Shown piece by piece: positions 37,901 through 47,303 of a DNA stretch of 64,000 nucleotides. This DNA comes from an uncultured Candidatus Saccharibacteria bacterium (GTDB lineage: Bacteria; Patescibacteriota; Minisyncoccia; Phycocordibacterales; UBA12445). How positions within the stretch are numbered: the first letter of the stretch is position 1; every line of letters begins with the position of its first letter. The DNA lies in the NCBI GenBank assembly GCA_964649715.1, contig CAZYTH010000001.1, positions 9,245-73,244 on the forward strand. Direction: 5' to 3'. The position numbers and the translations under genes are program-made. The notes beneath the pieces are model-generated. The model searched no databases. It was given only the letters and a program-made list of their open reading frames with translations, and was not told the DNA's origin.

Positions 37901-38356
37901 AATCTAGGGTATTCAGTATCTACATGGAAAGATGGTGGTCTGCTCTATGAAGGAAATGCTGTTGTTGACACTTCAACAGAAGGGTTATTTGAAATCCACT
38001 ATAGGGCAAAAGATTCTGATGGTAACGAGGCAGTTGAAGTTATAAGACAGGTTATCGTTGGCGAGGAAGATATTATTATAAATGAAAAAGAGATTGGAGC
38101 CGAAGACGCCACTTTGGAAGAGCCACTTGTTTTGGAAAGCGTTGACGTGCCGGATGTTATAGAAAACGAAAATATTGACACTCCTGAATTAATATCTGCA
38201 GATATGTCAAATGAAGAAGATATTGTCACTGAAGAGGATATATCAAACAATTCTCAAGGGGATAGCGTGAATGGCGGGACAAATGAGGCAGAAGAAGATG
38301 CATTAAATACTCAACTTGAGGATAAAATCGAATATGAATTCCAGGATATAATTTAA
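34934..38356 (+). CDS. Giant Ser/Thr-rich surface protein (1140 aa). It contains a conserved domain (ADLAEIYP...GEIVSID...GIITTKPGYILG...LAGRVPLLV..GPIRIGDMLTSS) and a C-terminal acidic tail.
   Basis: Low-complexity T/S-rich segments. The N-terminus as annotated lacks a signal peptide, so the start may be mis-set or the gene truncated. Confidence 0.5.
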   Translation: MGIYSNANSFSVKDVLIDHDIKGKMIALVSESFSKTFSTVTSYLKERIYSVASRINSGFVSSDGYSLENINEYTETEKSKFDFIRKEIGGAIESGYFKIETSLPLVSTGDNTENTIVSDRKIVVEKEFVSIPVTREIVSSLGFYNREEVDEAILKMSLAHKNELLSLINNLSTVSDYRYSGNTQAIALTNKIDNLSNVTISNAIMSGVSGLTDADIPDGITALNYFPLSGGNLTGKLGIGTTSPYAPLSVVGEAVASFYTSTGKSTSTFASGIELTDGCFSINGICVAGGSVSDGTFSTTSADNWFASADRFSTTSTNFAVNTFVSSSTTIPKTYTANTFTGINNFNGKTNLTNASSTLFSVTGSAWLGTLTGPIQAINGLVSATNTLSVSYGGTGISTLPTYGQVLLGNSSGGYTLTATSSLGITAVGDGTFSTTSADYWLTLNQGDAFSTTSAQYFLSTATGITRTLATASSTSNVSLQTTETLIQSVIFTPASLSNSIVINMDLLLQANTNQARTGTIYLRRGSCTTGTLIGFPMQYNSPGNNIGITLSQGFTLVDKPNTISSVTYSVCGTASLNNSISAVDRTLLLTEINGAVVGADLAEIYPTNDPTLKSGEIVSIDKESIYSGVKRSSGSYDKDAIGIITTKPGYILGDDTSVSDISIATVALAGRVPLLVNNENGPIRIGDMLTSSSEAGVAMRATKAGQVIAQALSGYGGDNSGIVIAFIKMEDFGGADIEDIIPGLSVDGNSINSINSESTLKTSKEILSWLKNTSESNTSNIESEIFTDRISAGLEIISPRVVASGLILNSISAVDKEIIFNDDIMFFGRPYFNSDTGGFAIIKTGARKVNVEFEREFVNNPVVNASITTDDSFDSASVESLFSGNIKYAITNLTSKGFTLTINKTSDSDIHFSWMALAIKNAKTFSSKTEDFVAPLVSSQTANLSSSEINDENKIPPVITLNGNNPARLSVGSVYSDMGAIVTDNKDENLGYSVSTWKDGGLLYEGNAVVDTSTEGLFEIHYRAKDSDGNEAVEVIRQVIVGEEDIIINEKEIGAEDATLEEPLVLESVDVPDVIENENIDTPELISADMSNEEDIVTEEDISNNSQGDSVNGGTNEAEEDALNTQLEDKIEYEFQDII

Positions 38357-38398
38357 AATATGAATATAAGTGAAAAAATATCTGAATAATTTTAAAAA

Positions 38399-38764
38399 AT
38401 GATAATAAGAAAGAAAAACAAAAATAAGGTTTTTTTTATAGTTGTTTTTTTGTTGTTGGTTATTATCATTATTGGATACGGTAAAAATAGCGATAATGAT
38501 AATAAACTTTCAACTAAAGATATCATTGAAAGTGTCGGTAAGTTAATGGTGTTGCCGACAGAGGAGCCGACGATTGCCACTGTTTCAGACCCCGAGTCTT
38601 TAAAAGGTCAGCCTTTTTTCATGAATGCGAAAATAGGAGATAAGGTTCTTATATATTCGACGGCAGGAAAGGCTATTATTTACAGACCAAGCATAAATAA
38701 GGTAATAGAAATTGCTCCATTTTATTTTGATAAAGAAAATTTAAATGCTCAACAAAGTAATTAA
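38399..38764 (+). CDS. Small membrane-anchored protein (121 aa).
   Basis: N-terminal TM (FFIVVFLLLVIIIIGYG). Confidence 0.4.
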   Translation: MIIRKKNKNKVFFIVVFLLLVIIIIGYGKNSDNDNKLSTKDIIESVGKLMVLPTEEPTIATVSDPESLKGQPFFMNAKIGDKVLIYSTAGKAIIYRPSINKVIEIAPFYFDKENLNAQQSN

Positions 38765-41700
38765 AATTTTATTTTTATTTTTTTTAGCGCTTCCTTTCTC
38801 TTTGGAGGCTGTTTCTCTTAGTAATTCGATATACGATAAAGGTTCTGACATAGAAATAAAAGATGTTTTTGATAATACAAACAGATTGACGGTATACCAT
38901 TTTGATAGTTTAGATACAAGGTACTGCCAGACAAATAAAGAAGAGGTAGACGAGATTGGGGGATTAAGGGAAACATGCTCTGGTGATTATTACAGTTTTG
39001 ACATTGGAAGATATTCCATAATTGAACACTCAGCCCTAGGGATAATTTGTAATCGTTTAAATTATGATGATTGTAAATTATTACCGTCTTTTATAAATGA
39101 ATTTATTTTTGAAGTTAAAAAAGCGGAAGGTGGTGGAGGATGGTTTAGCCCTCCCGTAATTTCTGAACCTACTCCTGCTGGTGGAGGAGGGGGACCTACC
39201 GCATATAGGCCAGAGATAAGGATAATAAGTCCAGAAGAGGATGGTGTTTATGGAAAAATATTGGATATAAACTATGAAGCTACTGACAAAAATGATGAAC
39301 TGGGTCAGTCTAGCCTGGGTTTACCCCAAGCTCCAGTTACGATTTATTATTCTAAAGGTTCTGATACAAGGCAGAAGGTTCAGCTTGGTGCCAACCTTCC
39401 TACGAAAGGAGTTTTTAGATGGGACACAAAAGACCTAAACCAGATAGAGACATATAGAATAATTATAGAAGCTAAAGATAACAGTGGGGAGACGGGGGAG
39501 GCGATATCTGGTGAATTTTTATTAGACCACACAGAACCCTTTTTCTCGGTTTTTACAGAACCTTCTATCTCAAAAGGTGAAAACGTTAAGATAATTGTCG
39601 AATCAACAAAAGATCTCAAAGAACCACCCAAAGTAAAAGTAGCTCAGAAAGATTTTAATAATTTTAACGTTGAAATGGTTGGTGAGGGTAAAAGGTTTGA
39701 GGGAGTTTATTCAGTTATAAGAGGTTATGACGGCCACGCGAGCATCACCGTTTCTGGAACAGATGTTTCGGGTAATTTTGGAGATGTGGTCGTCGCCGGA
39801 GGTAGGTTTAGCGTCGGTATAGAGCCACCCCCCAAACCAATAATACTTAGTCATTTAGATAAGGACATACTTTTTTCCGGAACAATAGATGTCGGTGGTA
39901 AGGCGAGAGCTGAAACTGAGGTTATTCTTTCTGTAAATGGGAAAGAAAAATATAGTAAGTTTGTTGATAGTGAGGGGAATTTTCTTTTCACAAACATAAA
40001 ATTAAGAGAGGACGTAAATATGGGGTCCAATTTTCTAAGTATTATATCAAGGGATGCTGCTGATAACATAAGCGAATCGGCTGATATATCTTTAAAATTT
40101 AACGCTGAACCAGAGGTTTTTATAACTTTTCCTATAACAGGACAGGTTCTTGGAACGACAACCAAGATTATAATAAAGGCCAGCGATAAAAATAGAGATA
40201 AATTAATATTTGATTATGAGGTAAGCAGGGACGATGGGGTGTCGTGGAGTTTTTTAGCAAAAGGTTTAACAAAGAAAGAGTATCTCTGGGACACAACACT
40301 TTTATCGGATGGGGAGTATCGTCTTAGAGTTACGGCGGATGATGGGACAACAAAGAAACAATCTGTTGTTGGTAAACTTATTATAAAAAATTTTTTGCCG
40401 TTGATAACTTTTTCTGTTCCAGAAAAAATAATCACAAATCAGAATACTTATAAAATAAGTGGTGTTGCAGACAACTCGCCAAATGTTGATAAAAAAGTAA
40501 ATATTGTTTCTTTGGAATATAGTCTGGATGGTGGTAAAAACTGGACAATATCTTCTGCTGACGACGGAAAATTTGATTCTCCCTCTGAGAAATTTACCTT
40601 GGATATAGGACTTCTCCCTGAAGGTGTGCATTCAGTATTGTTTAGAGTTTGGGATGAAAGAGGTATTTTTGGTAGGGCGCAAAGAACTCTCATTGTTGAT
40701 TTTGGACCGCCACCTCCGCCTGTAGTTAATTCATTTAAGGATGGTGAAATAGTAAGTTTGGCGATGGATGAAGATAGAAATTTAGCTGGTGTCCAGTTGA
40801 ACATAGGAGGAACATCGGAGAAGAATAGCAAGATAGTTTTTGTTGTTAATGACAAACAATTTTACGGGGAGACACTACCTTCCGGTATTTTTTCCGCAAA
40901 AGGAGTGACAATAAGAGAACACGGAAATAATAAAATAATTTATTATGCTGAAGACGAGGCTGGAAATAAAAGCCAATCATCTGAGATGACTATAATCTAC
41001 AATAATCCCCCTAATATTAAATTCATAGAGCCAAGATCGGGTCGGGGTATAAGTAAGAAGTCCACTTTATCTTTTGAAATATATGATCCAGATTCTGATC
41101 CAATAAAAAGCTCGGTTCTTTCTTATAAAGCACCTGAAGCAACAGATTTTGTGGTTTTAGACACAAATCCTTCAAGTGGAAAATTTGAGTTTGATGCATC
41201 TTATCTTAAAGAAGGACCAGGGTATCAATTAAAAATAGATGCGAGCGATGGGTTCAGTTCATCTTCAAAGACGATACAGTTTTTTGTTGACACGACTCTT
41301 CCGAGTATTTATGTCGATCCTATAAAAAATAAAGTTTTCAAAAGAGAACTTCATTTTGAAGCAAGCGGTTATGCAACAGATTCTTTATCGGGAATTGATT
41401 TTGTCGAATATAGCCTAGATGAGGAACATTGGTGGAAGGCTATAATAACAAGCGGTTATATGTCTAAGAAGGCTTATTTTAGAATTAAGCACCCATTTAG
41501 CCTTGATGACGGAGAATATGAGATAAAGTTTAGATCTGTGGATGGTGCGGGTAATTTTTCTAAGGTGTGGTCAGAGAGTATCGTTGTAGATACAATGCCT
41601 CCAAGAATTGGCGGTTATGAGCTTTCTTATGCTGGCATCCAGATATACCCGGAAAATAGTAAATTTGTTGTATTGCAAGGTTCGCAGATTGCCATTAGGA

Positions 41701-42266
41701 TGTCTTTGGAATTTGATACAAAAAAAATGGAATTGAGTGCGGGGGATAAAATAATTGAAATTAAAAAAAATATGGCAAGTGGATTGTGGGAAGGTGTTAT
41801 AATGACTCCAGAAAAAGGCGATTTTGTATTAAAAATAAACGCAGAAGACATTTATTCTAACAGAATAGAAGGAAAAGAAATAGGAGTAATATCTGTTTTT
41901 CCTTTGGGTACTGTTACAGAGAGAATTGGAGAGGACGATGGAGTTAATATTAACTCGGCGAATATTCAGGATGCAGAAATTAATGTTTTAGTTTTTGATG
42001 AAGACGGACAAAGGTTTGTGAGGTGGCCTGGAGAGGCTTATGGTATTAAAAACCCTATTTCTTCAGACGAAAATGGTGAATATCGATTATTTTTGCCAGC
42101 GGGAAAATATAAAATATCTGTAAAGGGTGATGGGCTGGTCAATTATTCAACAGATGTTTTTTCCCTAGAAAGACCTGAGTTTATCGACATGAGGTTTAAA
42201 ATGAAGAAAAGAGAGGGTGTTAGGGGTTTCTTGGAAAATATTTTAGAAAAGATAACTGTTATATAA
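38745..42266 (+). CDS. Giant secreted protein (1173 aa) with multiple Ig-like/fibronectin-like beta-sandwich domains and a C-terminal carboxypeptidase-regulatory-like domain.
   Basis: Signal peptide; repeated ~100-aa beta-rich modules; GGGGGP linkers. Confidence 0.55.
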   Translation: MLNKVIKILFLFFLALPFSLEAVSLSNSIYDKGSDIEIKDVFDNTNRLTVYHFDSLDTRYCQTNKEEVDEIGGLRETCSGDYYSFDIGRYSIIEHSALGIICNRLNYDDCKLLPSFINEFIFEVKKAEGGGGWFSPPVISEPTPAGGGGGPTAYRPEIRIISPEEDGVYGKILDINYEATDKNDELGQSSLGLPQAPVTIYYSKGSDTRQKVQLGANLPTKGVFRWDTKDLNQIETYRIIIEAKDNSGETGEAISGEFLLDHTEPFFSVFTEPSISKGENVKIIVESTKDLKEPPKVKVAQKDFNNFNVEMVGEGKRFEGVYSVIRGYDGHASITVSGTDVSGNFGDVVVAGGRFSVGIEPPPKPIILSHLDKDILFSGTIDVGGKARAETEVILSVNGKEKYSKFVDSEGNFLFTNIKLREDVNMGSNFLSIISRDAADNISESADISLKFNAEPEVFITFPITGQVLGTTTKIIIKASDKNRDKLIFDYEVSRDDGVSWSFLAKGLTKKEYLWDTTLLSDGEYRLRVTADDGTTKKQSVVGKLIIKNFLPLITFSVPEKIITNQNTYKISGVADNSPNVDKKVNIVSLEYSLDGGKNWTISSADDGKFDSPSEKFTLDIGLLPEGVHSVLFRVWDERGIFGRAQRTLIVDFGPPPPPVVNSFKDGEIVSLAMDEDRNLAGVQLNIGGTSEKNSKIVFVVNDKQFYGETLPSGIFSAKGVTIREHGNNKIIYYAEDEAGNKSQSSEMTIIYNNPPNIKFIEPRSGRGISKKSTLSFEIYDPDSDPIKSSVLSYKAPEATDFVVLDTNPSSGKFEFDASYLKEGPGYQLKIDASDGFSSSSKTIQFFVDTTLPSIYVDPIKNKVFKRELHFEASGYATDSLSGIDFVEYSLDEEHWWKAIITSGYMSKKAYFRIKHPFSLDDGEYEIKFRSVDGAGNFSKVWSESIVVDTMPPRIGGYELSYAGIQIYPENSKFVVLQGSQIAIRMSLEFDTKKMELSAGDKIIEIKKNMASGLWEGVIMTPEKGDFVLKINAEDIYSNRIEGKEIGVISVFPLGTVTERIGEDDGVNINSANIQDAEINVLVFDEDGQRFVRWPGEAYGIKNPISSDENGEYRLFLPAGKYKISVKGDGLVNYSTDVFSLERPEFIDMRFKMKKREGVRGFLENILEKITVI

Positions 42267-42269
42267 AAA

Positions 42270-42845
42270 ATGAAATCTGATTATTCTGATATTTTAAAAA
42301 TAATTTTAAAAACATTGGTTGTCTTTATTGCAAGTTTTATTGTTTTAAATATTGCAGGCAAGTTTTTAATAGAAGAGATAACAGAGCCTCTTTTGCTAGA
42401 GAGAGAAATAGAAGAAAGTGCTGTGGTTGAGATGGGAGAGCAATCACCAGATTTTGAAATTTATGATATTCGTGGAAAATTTATTACGAAGAATGAATAT
42501 CTCGGGAAACCACTGGTTATCTTTTTTTGGAATACATGGGGAAAAGATTCTCGTAACATTTTGGATGTGATTGAAGATTTGTCATCAGAAGATGAAATGA
42601 TATTTAATATTGTTTCTGTTAATGTTCAAGAAGGGAAAAAAGATATTCAAAATTTTATAGATAGGGGAGGATATGATCACTTGGAAATTCTTTTAGATCT
42701 AAATGGTGTCATGTTTGAAAGCTACGAATCAATAACAATGCCTTCATTCTATTTTATCGATAAAAGCGGTGTTTTAAGAGATGCTTATTTTGGACAGCTT
42801 AGTAAAGATGAGATAATGAATAAAATTTCAAAAATTATTAATTAA
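42270..42845 (+). CDS. TlpA/redoxin-like thioredoxin-fold protein lacking the CxxC active site.
   Basis: N-terminal TM. GKPLVIFFWNTWGKDSRN sits where WCxPC is expected. There are no cysteines in the motif. Confidence 0.5.
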   Translation: MKSDYSDILKIILKTLVVFIASFIVLNIAGKFLIEEITEPLLLEREIEESAVVEMGEQSPDFEIYDIRGKFITKNEYLGKPLVIFFWNTWGKDSRNILDVIEDLSSEDEMIFNIVSVNVQEGKKDIQNFIDRGGYDHLEILLDLNGVMFESYESITMPSFYFIDKSGVLRDAYFGQLSKDEIMNKISKIIN

Positions 42846-42947
42846 ATATGTTGTAATTAAAGAATAAGAATATGGAGGGTAGAAAGTATTTATAGAGATA
42901 TTCATTTTAAATACTTTCAATTTTCCACTTTTTATTATCAAAAAAAT

Positions 42948-44453
42948 ATGTCTCCCTTTTTTATTTTTAATAATATATATTTCGCCGAGCAAATGTTCGG
43001 AGCGCTTGTTTTTGTAATGGTAGCCTGGCTTGCTTTTGACGCGTATTCCATTAGAAAGGATTTTCTTACAGCATCAAGAGGGATTGGCTTTTTATTTCTT
43101 GCCTTTTCTCAAGTTATGAACGTTTTTTCTTTTGAAGCAGAGACATATCAATATATTGGATTTTCTCTATATTTATTTGGACTAGTCCTTGTTGTTTGGA
43201 ACTTATTCTTAGAGAAACCAGTAGAGAGACCGTCTCTTTCTAATTATGCGATATTAGTTTTACCTCCCATAGCCACCTTGGCCTTTTATATTAATTTTTG
43301 GGTAATCATTCTGCATTTTTTAATTGCATTTTTATCTTATAAACAATATAAAAAAGAGGACAAGAAAACTCTATATCCCTTTATTCTTGCCTTTTCTCTT
43401 CTTACTATAAGTAGTTTTTTTGGATTTTTTTATACAAAAGGTTATTTTAATACTGTTTGGGTTATTGGTAATATTTTTCAATTTTCTGGTTTTGTATTTC
43501 TCGCAGTTTGGGTATGGCAGTACATGCAACTCAGAATAAGAGAAGAGATGGTTATGATATTCTTTTCGTTTACACTTCTTATTTCGATTGTCGTTACTTT
43601 TGCTTTTTCTATGATATTGGTTGACCAAATAGAAACTGCGATTAAAACAAATCTTGTAATTAATGCAAAAAGTATGGATTATTTGATTTTGCACCTAAAA
43701 GAAGAGGCGCTATCAAAATCTAGACTTTTTTCTTCCAACGTAGAGCTAAGAGAAGCGATTTATAGGAATAATTTTTCAAAGATAGAGAGTCTCTCTGATG
43801 AGTTTATGAAGAAAGAGAATCTTGGGTTTCTAACGGTGGCGGACAGCGAGGGTAACGTAATATTGAGAGCTCATGCCACAACCAAGAGGAATGACAATAT
43901 ATTAAAAGAGAGTCCTCTGTCTAAGTCAGTAGATGGATATTCTGTTTCTACGATAGGTCCTTCGGATGTGGAGGGATTTTCGATAAGATCTTCATCTCCT
44001 GTTATTCTTAACGGCAAGGTGATTGGTTTTGTGTTGGCTGGATTTCCTATGGATAATCCTTTTATAGATAATTTGAAAAAAATTACAGGTTTAGATATTT
44101 CAGTTTTGGAAGGAGATAAATTTATTTCTTCTACAATAATAGGACCTGACGGCAGGAGCAGGATATCAGGTATTAAATTAAATGACCCTCTAATGATTAA
44201 AGAGGTTTTGGTTAACGGAAATATTGTTACATCAAGAAGTGAGATTGTTTACAAACCGTATCTTGTAAGTTATTTTCCTTTAAAAAATATAGATAATAAT
44301 ATTGTCGGTATGTTTTCCATTGCTAGATCCCAAAGAGAAATATTTGCTATCGCGAACACAACGAACATACTTACGCTAGTATCTGTTATCATAATAATGT
44401 TTATATTGGCGTTCCCAATATTTGTCATTACGAAGAGACTTTTGAACGATTAA
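42948..44453 (+). CDS. Membrane sensor protein: N-terminal 6-7 TM helices plus an extracytoplasmic Cache-like domain; no kinase core.
   Basis: Hydrophobic N-terminal 230 aa; the periplasmic domain is followed by a final TM helix. Confidence 0.5.
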   Translation: MSPFFIFNNIYFAEQMFGALVFVMVAWLAFDAYSIRKDFLTASRGIGFLFLAFSQVMNVFSFEAETYQYIGFSLYLFGLVLVVWNLFLEKPVERPSLSNYAILVLPPIATLAFYINFWVIILHFLIAFLSYKQYKKEDKKTLYPFILAFSLLTISSFFGFFYTKGYFNTVWVIGNIFQFSGFVFLAVWVWQYMQLRIREEMVMIFFSFTLLISIVVTFAFSMILVDQIETAIKTNLVINAKSMDYLILHLKEEALSKSRLFSSNVELREAIYRNNFSKIESLSDEFMKKENLGFLTVADSEGNVILRAHATTKRNDNILKESPLSKSVDGYSVSTIGPSDVEGFSIRSSSPVILNGKVIGFVLAGFPMDNPFIDNLKKITGLDISVLEGDKFISSTIIGPDGRSRISGIKLNDPLMIKEVLVNGNIVTSRSEIVYKPYLVSYFPLKNIDNNIVGMFSIARSQREIFAIANTTNILTLVSVIIIMFILAFPIFVITKRLLND

Positions 44454-44479
44454 TTAGTATTTATAGAATTGAAATAAAA

Positions 44480-44878
44480 ATGGAAGAAAATAAAAAAGCC
44501 AAAGTTCTCGTTGTTGACGATGATCCGCTTATAATGAGGATGTATGAATATCGATTAAAACACGATGGTTATGAGGTTTTTTTGGCTTTTGACGGTGAGG
44601 GGGCAATAATGAAAGCAAAAAAAGAAAAACCAGGCATAATACTTCTTGATCTTATGATGCCAAAAATGAACGGAGTTGAAACTTTGAAGTTTTTAAAAAA
44701 AGAATCTGATACTAGAAATATTCCGGTTATTATTCTTACAAACCTTGGGGACGATCCCGCATACATAGATCTAACAAAAGAGATGGGTGCTGATGATTAT
44801 CTTGTAAAGGCGGATACTAGCTTAAAGGAACTCACAGCCAGAGTTGAAAGTATTCTTGGTAAAAAAACAAAGAGATAA
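44480..44878 (+). CDS. Stand-alone CheY-like receiver domain protein (response regulator).
   Basis: KVLVVDDDPLIMRMYEYRLKHDGYEV...LLDLMMPKMNGVETLKFLK. The phospho-acceptor Asp and the Lys (YLVK) are conserved. Confidence 0.85.
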   Translation: MEENKKAKVLVVDDDPLIMRMYEYRLKHDGYEVFLAFDGEGAIMKAKKEKPGIILLDLMMPKMNGVETLKFLKKESDTRNIPVIILTNLGDDPAYIDLTKEMGADDYLVKADTSLKELTARVESILGKKTKR

Positions 44879-44924
44879 TGATTTTTGTTCGATATGATAT
44901 TTAATTTTTTTAACCTTCAACACA

Positions 44925-45122
44925 ATGAAAAATATAAAAAAAATAGTTTTAGATGGAGAGAGGCTAAGCATAAAAGATATTGAGATAATTCTTTCTAGCG
45001 ATGATGTTTTGACTGAGGTCTCAAAAAAATCTCTGGAAAAAATGGGAGGAAGTATCGGTTTTGCGTCTGTTGAGGGGGAGGGAACTACTTTTGCGGTTGC
45101 GTTACCAATAGCCAATAAATAG
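44925..45122 (+). pseudogene. Remnant of a histidine kinase (C-terminal HATPase_c G2-box fragment only).
   Basis: The 65-aa ORF ends ...MGGSIGFASVEGEGTTFAVALP, the G2 box/C-terminus of a GHKL ATPase. No HisKA or N/G1 boxes lie upstream. Confidence 0.45.
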
Positions 45123-45178
45123 TTGGAAAAGAGCCGTAAAATTTATAATAAATTATTTTAATAATGTAAATAATGTAA

Positions 45179-45550
45179 ATGAATAAAAAAGCGATTCTTT
45201 TAATAGAAGATAATCCTCTTTTGACCGGTTTGTATGCTTCTGGTTTTAAGAAAAAAGGATTAGATGTTGTAATTGTTCATAATGGGGATGAGGGAATAAA
45301 AGCAATAGAAGAGCACCAACCTGATATAGTTTTGCTTGATCTTTTTATGCCGGGTATGAGTGGCTTTGATGTTCTTAAGAAAATAAGGGATAATCCCAAA
45401 ACAAAGGAATTAAAAGTTGTTATTCTCACGGTAAGTAATGAGGAGGCACATAGAAAAACAGCAAACGACCTTGGTGTTTTGGATTATATTTTAAAGCAAG
45501 AACTTCATCTGAATGATATTATTGATAGGGTTTTGTCTCATCTACTGTAG
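45179..45550 (+). CDS. Stand-alone CheY-like receiver domain protein (response regulator).
   Basis: AILLIEDNPLLTGLYASGFKKKGLDVV...VLLDLFMPGMSGFDVLKKIR. Confidence 0.85.
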   Translation: MNKKAILLIEDNPLLTGLYASGFKKKGLDVVIVHNGDEGIKAIEEHQPDIVLLDLFMPGMSGFDVLKKIRDNPKTKELKVVILTVSNEEAHRKTANDLGVLDYILKQELHLNDIIDRVLSHLL

Positions 45551-45564
45551 TATTAAAATGATTT

Positions 45565-45597
45565 AAATCCGCCAATATGGCGGGTTTTGTTCATCAT
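45565..45597 (+). terminator. Rho-independent terminator.
   Basis: AAATCCGCC-aatat-GGCGGGTTT followed by TGTT. Confidence 0.4.
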
Positions 45598-45850
45598 GAG
45601 ATCTCTTTTGTTTAATATCAATTTCTAGTGTCTTTAATCTAATTTATATTATTGCAATCCGTTCGAGATGAATCAGTATCCATGCGTTTAAATCTGGATT
45701 CATGATTGAGTCGAAAATAACAAAAATATGTTCAACGGCAAAAATTATACAGTGAGAGATGTACCCCTTTCCTTGTTTATTTGATTTGTTCCTCTAAAGA
45801 ATCTATTATGTTTAAAAGTATTAATTTATAAATTAAGGGAGATATAAAAA

Positions 45851-47299
45851 ATGTTTAAGAATTTATACATATTTTTTGGAGCATTATTTGTTTTATTTTT
45901 GGTGATTGCTTTTAGCGGTCAAGATAACTCAAAAAAGATTGATGACATTACTGAGCTTCCGATTTCTGGTGGATGGATAGAGATTTTATATGGAAAGGCT
46001 TTTTTAACAAGACAAGCCGAGATGAAAGAACTGTTTTCTGGGGATATTATTTCAGGTGGTGATAAAATAGAAACAAAAGATTCGACAAGAATAGTTATTC
46101 ATTTGTACGATGGTTCTGTTTTGAGGGCCGAGTCAAATACGATTTTCACAATAGAAGAAGCAATATATGGTAATTCCGATGGGAAGGTTGTCCTCTCGGC
46201 GGAGCTTTCTTCTGGAAAAATATGGTCAAAAATAGTTGAATTAGCAACACCAGACTCTTTGTGGCAAATCAAAACTTCAAATGCAGTTGCTACTGTAAGA
46301 GGAAGCGCTTTTGGAGTTGTTTCAGATGGAAAAACTTCAGAGATTGTCGGCTCGGAACATGATATCGCAGTTTATTTAATAGACCCCATTACCAAAGAGA
46401 ATCTTCTAGAGACACCGATTGTTGTCGCTGAGGATACTTATTTTGAAATTTCTGATAGAGAGATAAATACTGCTAAAAATATCTCTTTAGCAGTAAAGTC
46501 CGCGAAAAACAACACAGACAAAGAAACTATTGTCCAGGAAGCCGAGAAAAAATTTAGTCCCATAAAGATAGATGAAAAAAGAAAAAAGGATAATTGGATT
46601 AACGAAAATGAAAAAGGAGACATGGAAATCAGGGATATCGTGGATATCATAAGAAAAGACACAAAAGAGGATAAAAAGGCACTTAAAGAGAAAATTCATG
46701 AAAAAGTTAAGGAGAGATTTAAGGAGGTAATAAATAAAAGTATCAAAGAGGAATTTGTAGATAGAAAAGAAAAGGATGGAGAAAAGGGAGAAGGGGAACT
46801 AAAAGTAGCGGAGCTTGAGAAAAAAGAAAACTTGGTCAAACAAGACAATATTATTAAGGATATAGAAGAAATAAAAACAGAACCACTTCTTCAGAAAACA
46901 CCCGAAACCAGCACAGAAACGAAACCTTCTTTAACGGAAGAGAAGTGGGGTGAAATCTCAATCATTACTCAGGGTAATTTAAATAATGTTTCCGAGGGGC
47001 AAATTATATCCTTCAGGGCTATTCTTAAAGGAGACAAAGGTACCGAAAAAGATATTACGAGAGAGGCTTTGTGGAAAGTGATCGGTTCTATCGGTATTAT
47101 GGAAAAACCGGGATCATTTTTTGCAAAATTAGGTCAGGATGTTGCAGAATATGGTGAGGGGGTTGGGGTTGTTGTGGCTACATGGAAAGACCCTGTCTCT
47201 GGAGAGGAAAAGTTGGGAACAAGTTCCCAGATAAATGTTTTTATGAAGTTTGATAATTTAACTGCCCCCATAGAAGAAACCGAAGTTTTCCTTAGGTAA
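45851..47299 (+). CDS. FecR-domain protein with a Glu/Lys-rich linker.
   Basis: Signal/TM at the N-terminus. GDKIETKDSTRIVIHLYDGSVLRAESNTIF matches the FecR domain. Confidence 0.5.
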   Translation: MFKNLYIFFGALFVLFLVIAFSGQDNSKKIDDITELPISGGWIEILYGKAFLTRQAEMKELFSGDIISGGDKIETKDSTRIVIHLYDGSVLRAESNTIFTIEEAIYGNSDGKVVLSAELSSGKIWSKIVELATPDSLWQIKTSNAVATVRGSAFGVVSDGKTSEIVGSEHDIAVYLIDPITKENLLETPIVVAEDTYFEISDREINTAKNISLAVKSAKNNTDKETIVQEAEKKFSPIKIDEKRKKDNWINENEKGDMEIRDIVDIIRKDTKEDKKALKEKIHEKVKERFKEVINKSIKEEFVDRKEKDGEKGEGELKVAELEKKENLVKQDNIIKDIEEIKTEPLLQKTPETSTETKPSLTEEKWGEISIITQGNLNNVSEGQIISFRAILKGDKGTEKDITREALWKVIGSIGIMEKPGSFFAKLGQDVAEYGEGVGVVVATWKDPVSGEEKLGTSSQINVFMKFDNLTAPIEETEVFLR

Positions 47300-47303
47300 G
47301 ATA

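Noticed and set aside
34934-38356. Peptidase S74 intramolecular-chaperone (endosialidase-like) domain in the giant surface protein.
   Set aside because: The signature SDxRxK serine motif is not present, so only an unassigned conserved block is reported.
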